Origin: the human T2T-CHM13v2.0 reference genome, Homo sapiens
DNA: 64,000 bases
Reading direction: 5' to 3' (one strand)
Assembly (NCBI RefSeq): GCF_009914755.1
Contig: NC_060946.1
This document shows positions 57,595 through 64,000 of this stretch, piece after piece. The position numbers and the translations under genes are program-made. Numbering within the stretch: position 1 is the first letter of the stretch; each line of letters begins with the position of its first letter. Under the pieces are notes generated by a model that was not told where the DNA came from, searched no databases, and was given only the letters and a program-made list of their open reading frames with translations.

Positions 57595-57683
57595 CTTTCC
57601 AGACAGGGGAGCCACTGCCGGTCTCTTCCTTTGTGCGTAGCCAGAGAGTCGATAGCAGTAGTGTGGCTTACAGTAGAATTTAC
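57595..57683 (-). CDS. MICAL3: MICAL3 coding exon, end of LIM domain (GKFYCKPHYCYRLSGYAQRKRPAVAPLSGK)
   Basis: ctgcag|GTAAA acceptor, AAG|GTAA donor, 89 nt, phase 1 to 0; supplies the final CxxH of the LIM domain. Confidence 0.96.
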
Positions 57684-58270
57684 CTGCAGACAGCAAGAGG
57701 CAGGGACAGAGGCGATGAGCCAGGCACGGATCCTGAACGTGCCTCCCTGGTCTCAGCCACTCCTTTCCATCTCCTCCAGCCTCACAAGGCCATCAAGCCA
57801 CCCAGCCTTCCCTGGGCCCAGCTTTCTTGTCCAGAGAAGCCAGTTCCTCCGGGTAAACTTTGATTCTAGCTCTCCTCTCCCTTGGCCTGAAGGGGGTCTT
57901 TTCCTTTGGGAATGTGAAGGCCATTGAGCCATCACCCAATCAGTGCCCAGAGCAAAGATGTGAGGCCTGTGTGGCAGGGCCAGCAAACAAAGTGGCAGTG
58001 TGTGAGGAACAAAGATGTGGTCACATGAAACGCTGGGAGTAGCATTGCTGGGGAAACCAAGAATGAATACAAGTGCAGGGTGGAGGCGTGGAGGCTGCAG
58101 GGGTGGGGCATCGCCTGGCATTGGCTCTGACAGGCCCATCTCTGCTGCTCCCCCTCCCGCACCCTATCTCTCACCCCCTCCCAGTCCCCTCAGAGGGTCA
58201 GGATCAGCAGGAAAGGACATTAGAAGACAAAAAATACTGCAATGGACTATGAGTAGGATGGAAGGGAACA

Positions 58271-58355
58271 GCATAGAACAGAACAGAATAGAATAGAATA
58301 GAATAGAATAGAATAGAATAGAATAGAATAGAATATAGAATAGAATAGAATAGAA
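58271..58355. repeat. (GAATA)n pentanucleotide microsatellite
   Basis: Direct inspection; one interruption. Confidence 0.97.
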
Positions 58356-60490
58356 TCCAGAGTGTACTGTGGCATGATGAGAATAAAACGTTATTTCTTG
58401 GAACTTGCAGCTGTGTCTGGGTCTCAATGTAACGTGCATCCCCGTGGGGGGTGTCGTCAGAAAAATCTGAACACCACTGAACTTGGCTTTTCCCATGACT
58501 CTGGTAATGGAATTAACCCACGCAGTCATTTTTTTCTGACTCTTTTTTACTCTCACTTAAAGAGCGACTGACGACTTTTGAATCTCAAGTGATAAACCCT
58601 ACTATAGAAACTGTTGAAACAGAAGTAATCCCATTTCATTTTCCTCATTTGTAGAGAGTGCTTCTTAGACAAATGAGCTTTCCTGATCTCAAAGCTACAA
58701 TAAGAGGACCTAAAAGTCAAAGAAAATAAAGGTAAGATGGCATTCTTCCCTTTCCCTTTCCCTGATGATCTGATTATATCTTTCTTCTTTTCCTTCAGAG
58801 AAACTGACTTGTTTTACCTGCACTCCCTATCCAATGCTGAATAAATCTATTAGAAAGACACAGATTTTAAATAATTTTCATAATGCCTAGTATACTTTCT
58901 CAGACAGAATGTTTCACTGGCCACTGGCACTTGGCCAGGATGCAGAGACTCTACAGTGGCAACACCTGACAGCCAAAAGTCCGCCAGTCTTACCGCCTGT
59001 TTCTCCACCAGGGGAGTGGAGCCACGGGTTGTTGCCTGGAGCCTGGCCACAACTTCCTTTTCCCATCTGAATAAGCCACTCAGCTTTTGTAAATGTTGGC
59101 CACCAATAATTAGGATAAGGTAAGATGTATGAGTGCTTGGATCATGCGCTACTTGTTTTGGTCTGTTTTGTATCTCATTCTTTAAGAAATACCCCTCCTT
59201 CCTCCATGAGACTGACAGGGGCTGGCAACCACGTGGCCTGACCTTCCACCACCAGTAACACATGACCCAGGCCGCTCGGCAACTCACTCCCTCCACCCCA
59301 CCCAGGACAGGGTGCTCTGGGGACTGGCATGTGGCCAAAGGCAGGCTCGCTGGAGACGTTATGGGGATGGTGAGGGAGGTGAGGGAAGGGGCAGCCCTTC
59401 CCTGGGGACTGCTCTCTGGATGGAAGCTATAAAGTTAAGGCTTCAACTGTCATCTGCATTGGGTTTCTATTACTTGTAACCAAGAGCCTTGCTTATTACA
59501 GTAACAGAAAACTAAAATGTTATCATGGCTTTCATTTCTTCCTTCTATTTTTTTCCTACATTAATTTGCTTGTTTTTGCAAAAGTGGAAACCCAGATCTT
59601 AAAGTATAACTCAATTGAACTCAACTGAATCCTCCTTGAACTCTGCTTTGGTATCCTAAACTAATAAAGAAAAGAGGTTTACATTTCAGAAACAAGTCCT
59701 CCAAGCCTAATCAAAAAGTTCCAGAAAACTGTTTTCTCTAGGAAGGCAGTATAGATGATGCGAGCAATGTGAGCGCTAAGTGTGATCTCCGTTCCAACAC
59801 TGTCTCAACTGCTCAGTAGCCGTGTGAACTCATCTGTCTTTTGGAAAATATCTCCTCCCATGGAGAAGAACACAGTACCCACCTCATAGGTGGAGATATT
59901 CAATGAGGTGGCACAAGTCACGTGTACGCATCTCCCCATATCCTTTCCCAAACTCAACACGATGGCACTTTTTGCTTTTTAAATTAAAAAAAAAAAAAGC
60001 TAATTTTAATGTTAACATTTACCAAGTGCCAGACACTATTTTAACTGCTTTCCATCTATCAACTCATTTAATCCCCAAACAAGCTGGTGAGGCAGGTGCC
60101 ATTAGTACCCACCTCTTTCTCAGCGAGGAACAGGAGGCCGAGTGACCTGCCCAGCGTGTCCCACAGTCAGTGAACCGCAGAGGCGGATGTGGTCCAGGAT
60201 GCTGGTGCCAGAGCCTGCACTACCATGACACTACTATGCTTGCCTCAGTGGTAAACCCAGCCTTGCTATGTTTTTAATTAGCTATGAATTGTGGGTGATT
60301 CAGTCAAGTGACTGATTCTCAATGGTCCAAATTAAGGAATCCTGATAACTGAATATGGGAGTAACTGGAAAAGGGAAATGGAGAAAACAGGTGGCCACAG
60401 GGCAAACCCAAGGTCAAGTGGGCCGTTCATTCATTCATTCACCCAGGCCCGAGTGCCACTGTATGACAGCTACCAATCTGAACACCGAGA

Positions 60491-60560
60491 GCCCCCAGGC
60501 AAGCAGACAGACTGGTTCTCCACTGAGTGCCCCCAGGCAAGCAGACAGAATGGTTCTCCA
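60491..60560. repeat. 38-bp tandem duplication
   Basis: gcccccaggcaagcagacaga(c/a)tggttctccac at 60491 and 60529. Confidence 0.85.
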
Positions 60561-63502
60561 CAGACGCATGGATGAGACAGTGCGAGCCCTGCATGGAGAA
60601 CCACACAGGCGCACCGGTGCCTGGGCAGCTGCCTTCTATCAAAAGAGCCAGACCCCTCTCTGAGGAGCGCCACATGGAGATGTGAAACACAGGCGTCTCA
60701 CCCTGTGGAGACCAGGGGGTGTGCTCCAGGAGAGGACACAGCAGAGCCACGTCCTAAGGGAGCAGTGGCTTCATCATGCTTATGGGATGGAAAGACACTG
60801 GAGCAAAGAGTGCAGCATGCTGGGGGCAGCTGACGGCAGAGGCTGGGGTGGACACGCAATGCTCTCTCCACCTGGGACAAGGTTGTGGGCTCTGTCTGCA
60901 CGGCAGCGGCTAGGACACTGGTGAGATCCAAGTCACACCTTTTAAAATCCCTCCGGTTGCTCTGTGGAAACAGACTGGGGTGTAACAGAGGCAAGGAGAC
61001 CAGTGGTCCAAGTGGAAGATGCATGGCTGGCTTGGAGGCTGCTGCAGGGATGGAGACAGTCTCAGGCTCATCACTGACGAGGGCCACCCTGCACACACCA
61101 CCTGTGGAGGTAGCGTATGTCTCTTCTCAAGATGACAGGGAAGGGCCTGACACTAATTTTGAGTCCTTGTCTTAAGAGCTGGCAGCGATCACAAATGAGC
61201 TAATGCTTTGCAAAAAAAGAAACAGCAGCTCTGTGTTTGAGCAGACGGCATCCTCCAGAAAGAGCTGAAGACAGAACAAATAGCACCACAAGTAAAATAT
61301 GGGGACATCTTCAAATATGATTCTTAATTTACTAGTATGGAGTTGGCAGCAGGCCTGGAGTCACAATCCCTGAATCTCTGACCTGGAATGAATCTCAGGT
61401 GTCATCTGGTGCAAGTGAGCTATTACTAGTTGTGTCAATTTGGACAAACAACATACAAGTTCTCTGAACTCAGCTTCCTGACTTCTAATTACAGTAATAA
61501 AAAGTTACTTAATGGGGTTGTTGTGAGGACAAAGGGCGTGATGTGTTGGGGCGCAGCACAAGGCCTCGGTTACTTCCTCCTGCCACAACCTCCCCAGCTT
61601 ATTCTTTGTTCTCTGAGCCTCTTCAGTTAGACTTCTGAGACACTTGGCAACTTGGATAAAAAACAGGCTAAAACTTCGGTGCCCCTAAAGTTCCTTCCTG
61701 GCTCTAGTCCATCTGTCCTCTGACAGATGAGGGGAAGGACTGTGGAGGGGCTAAGCTGATGAAAATTTTATCTGGGTTAAAATTTGGGGAGCTGGTTTAG
61801 AACGGCTGTCTTCTCTGCTCCAGTGTTAACAATACTGCACTCAACCAGGCTGGCCTCATCCTGTCTCGGCCTCTCACTGCCACCCGATCTCCCACCAGGT
61901 GCGCACCTCTGCCCTCTACTCAGTCACCATACCCTTCTCTCTCAAAGTCTAGCCAAGGGTCAGGGAGGTCATCCCAAGATGCTCTTGAACTTCACAGATT
62001 TCCTCCTCCCCTGTGCTTCTACAAAGCGACAACCTAGGCTGTGTAACCGAGCCTTTCGCTGCACACACTCGTGTCGCCTGCTACTCTTCATGGGTCTCAT
62101 CCCCATAGGACAGTGAGCTCCTGGAGGCACACATTACACTTCTGCATCTTTCACAGAATGCAGCAAAGATGCACACACACACCCATGGGCAAAAGTACCT
62201 GTAGATCAATTAGCTGCACCTTGCGACATCTTCTTTCCGGGCAGACTCCACGGTGAGAGGCTAACTAGAACACCCTGAGCATCAGGGACAGCTCAGCGAG
62301 GTTGGGTGGCTCCCTCTGCCAGGCCCCATCCTTGAGATCAAATGAGCTATCCAGAGAGCAGGTGTGTGTGAGAGGTGGAACAGAAGACTTGACAGCAAAC
62401 AATCTGCCTGCCTTATCTAAACAGCGTCCTAATTCTTTCATTCTTCCCCGACTCGGGAGTGCTTTTTACCAACATAGCAGAAGGGCCAGGCACCATGACA
62501 GGAGTCAGCCTTTCTCGGCTCACCTCTCTGGGCTCCTTCCTTGCTCCTTCTAACAGAGGTGACTGTTTGTTCACCCTCAGGACAGCTGAAGTGACTAGGT
62601 CCTAACGGCATGGCATCCCTCTCCTATATGACCTCACTTTATAATCTCACAGTCACGCAATCTTCTATCAATGTCAAGGTCTTTATGCCACCTTATAAAG
62701 ATTACTGCCTCTCCTATTAATCTAGGCCCCCTCATTACTCTGGAATCTATAAGACTGCCTCCCACGAAGTCCCTCCAGCATCCTATAGGAATGGGGCTGG
62801 GGGTCCTCAATGCAGGGTCCTCAGATGGCGGCCAGCCTGCCTCTGCCCATCACGATGGCTCTATCGTCTGTGTGCAGAATTCTCTACTGTTACCTTATCA
62901 AGGTCTTTTCACTGTAAAAACTGGCAGCACATGTTGCCAAAGACCAGGCCTTGAACACCACAGTAAATCAGATTCAGGCCCTGTGCAATGGTTCGCAATC
63001 CACCAGAGAGAGATCAGACAGATGCCAGAGAGGTGTTAACACGGGCCACCTTGCAGACATCTCCAAGAGCAAAGGTCTGAGAACCCAGGGGCCTGAGACC
63101 CAGCTCCAACTTGCTGTCATCATCAACCTTAGGCAAAATATGTGACTTCTATGGATGTGCAAGTCCCCTTCCGTAAAGACAAAAAACCTTATTTTTATTG
63201 TGTTCCTTTTATCTCAAGTTCCCACCCCGAGGTCAGAAAGCAAGTAAGTGTCCCTGAAGTCAGGGAAATGACTTAGGTAAATGCATGCCATTCTCATCAG
63301 CCTGGTGACGCTGGGAAATACTGATAAGTAAGAGTCTTAGAGAAAGAGTGATGGAGGGAGAGGGGCAAGAAAGGCTGGGAGAGGCATGATGGAAAAGACG
63401 CACATGGAATAAGGCAGGAAGGGGCCCAAAGGCGCCCAGCTCAGATGGAAACACTGTCCAAGCACAGTTTCTCAGTGGGGCCGGAGGCGCAGGGTGTCTC
63501 AC

Positions 63503-63689
63503 CATCCTCGATGTCGTAGGCGTAGGCCGAGAGGCGCAGGGTGGTGGCGCAGTACTCGCACTTGAAGCAGCTCCGGTGGAAGAACTTGCCCTCGGCACTC
63601 AGCCTCTCCATCACGTAGACCCGCTTCTGGCAGAAGTAGCATGTGTCGCTGCCTCCCAGGTTCTGCGGGAACTCCTTCTTCATGGAGCC
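63503..63689 (-). CDS. MICAL3: MICAL3 coding exon, N-terminal part of LIM domain ([20 protein letters not shown]...AYDIED)
   Basis: ctgcag|GGCTCC acceptor, GATG|GTGAG donor, 187 nt, phase 0 to 1; CxxC...HxxCxxCxxC LIM zinc ligands in ORF 63441..63683. Confidence 0.97.
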
Positions 63690-64000
63690 CTGCAGGAGGT
63701 GGCGGTCGGGAGGAAGGGGAGCACCTCAGGGAGTGCCACACAGGCCCTCCTAGAGGCACAGCCTTGCGAGAGCAAAGCCAACCCTCACTAAGGGGTCTGC
63801 TTTGAGACAGACTTCTAACTGGCTACGGTCAACTGTGCTCTTGGCTCTGCCACAGAGTGACGGCACCGCCACAGTCACTGCCTCCACGCACTGACAGAGA
63901 ACACTTGGCACAACCGCGAAAGCCTGGGCCAGCCTGCTGCTGACGAGGGAGCCAGCATCACAGTGCTTCACACCAGACTTGAGTAATGCTATGATACAGC

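Overview
Human (primate) genomic DNA covering the middle and 3' part of MICAL3, the F-actin monooxygenase gene, on the minus strand. The window runs from the LIM-domain exons near 63.7 kb to the first exons of the C-terminal bMERB/Rab-binding coiled coil near 0.5 kb. Both gene ends lie outside the window. I reconstructed 13 constitutive coding exons by hand. All have GT-AG boundaries and consistent phases, and together they give one continuous reading frame. The introns contain about 26 Alu/FLAM elements (including one AluYb8), DNA-transposon and LTR relics, a hierarchical 16/32/64-bp VNTR and an AT-rich quasi-palindrome. The most interesting signals are in splicing: (1) in-frame 51-nt and 63-nt cassette exons with clustered downstream RBFOX motifs; (2) intronic read-through alternative C-termini, one with a candidate ~4.5-kb 3'UTR; (3) apparent fossil coding exons in the introns, best shown at 39754-39318, where removing a FLAM insertion plus one target-site duplication restores a phase-correct frame with a single nonsense codon. 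Gene and repeat-family names come from recognition, not database searches. The fossil-exon and microexon calls are hypotheses that need alignment and RNA-seq checks.
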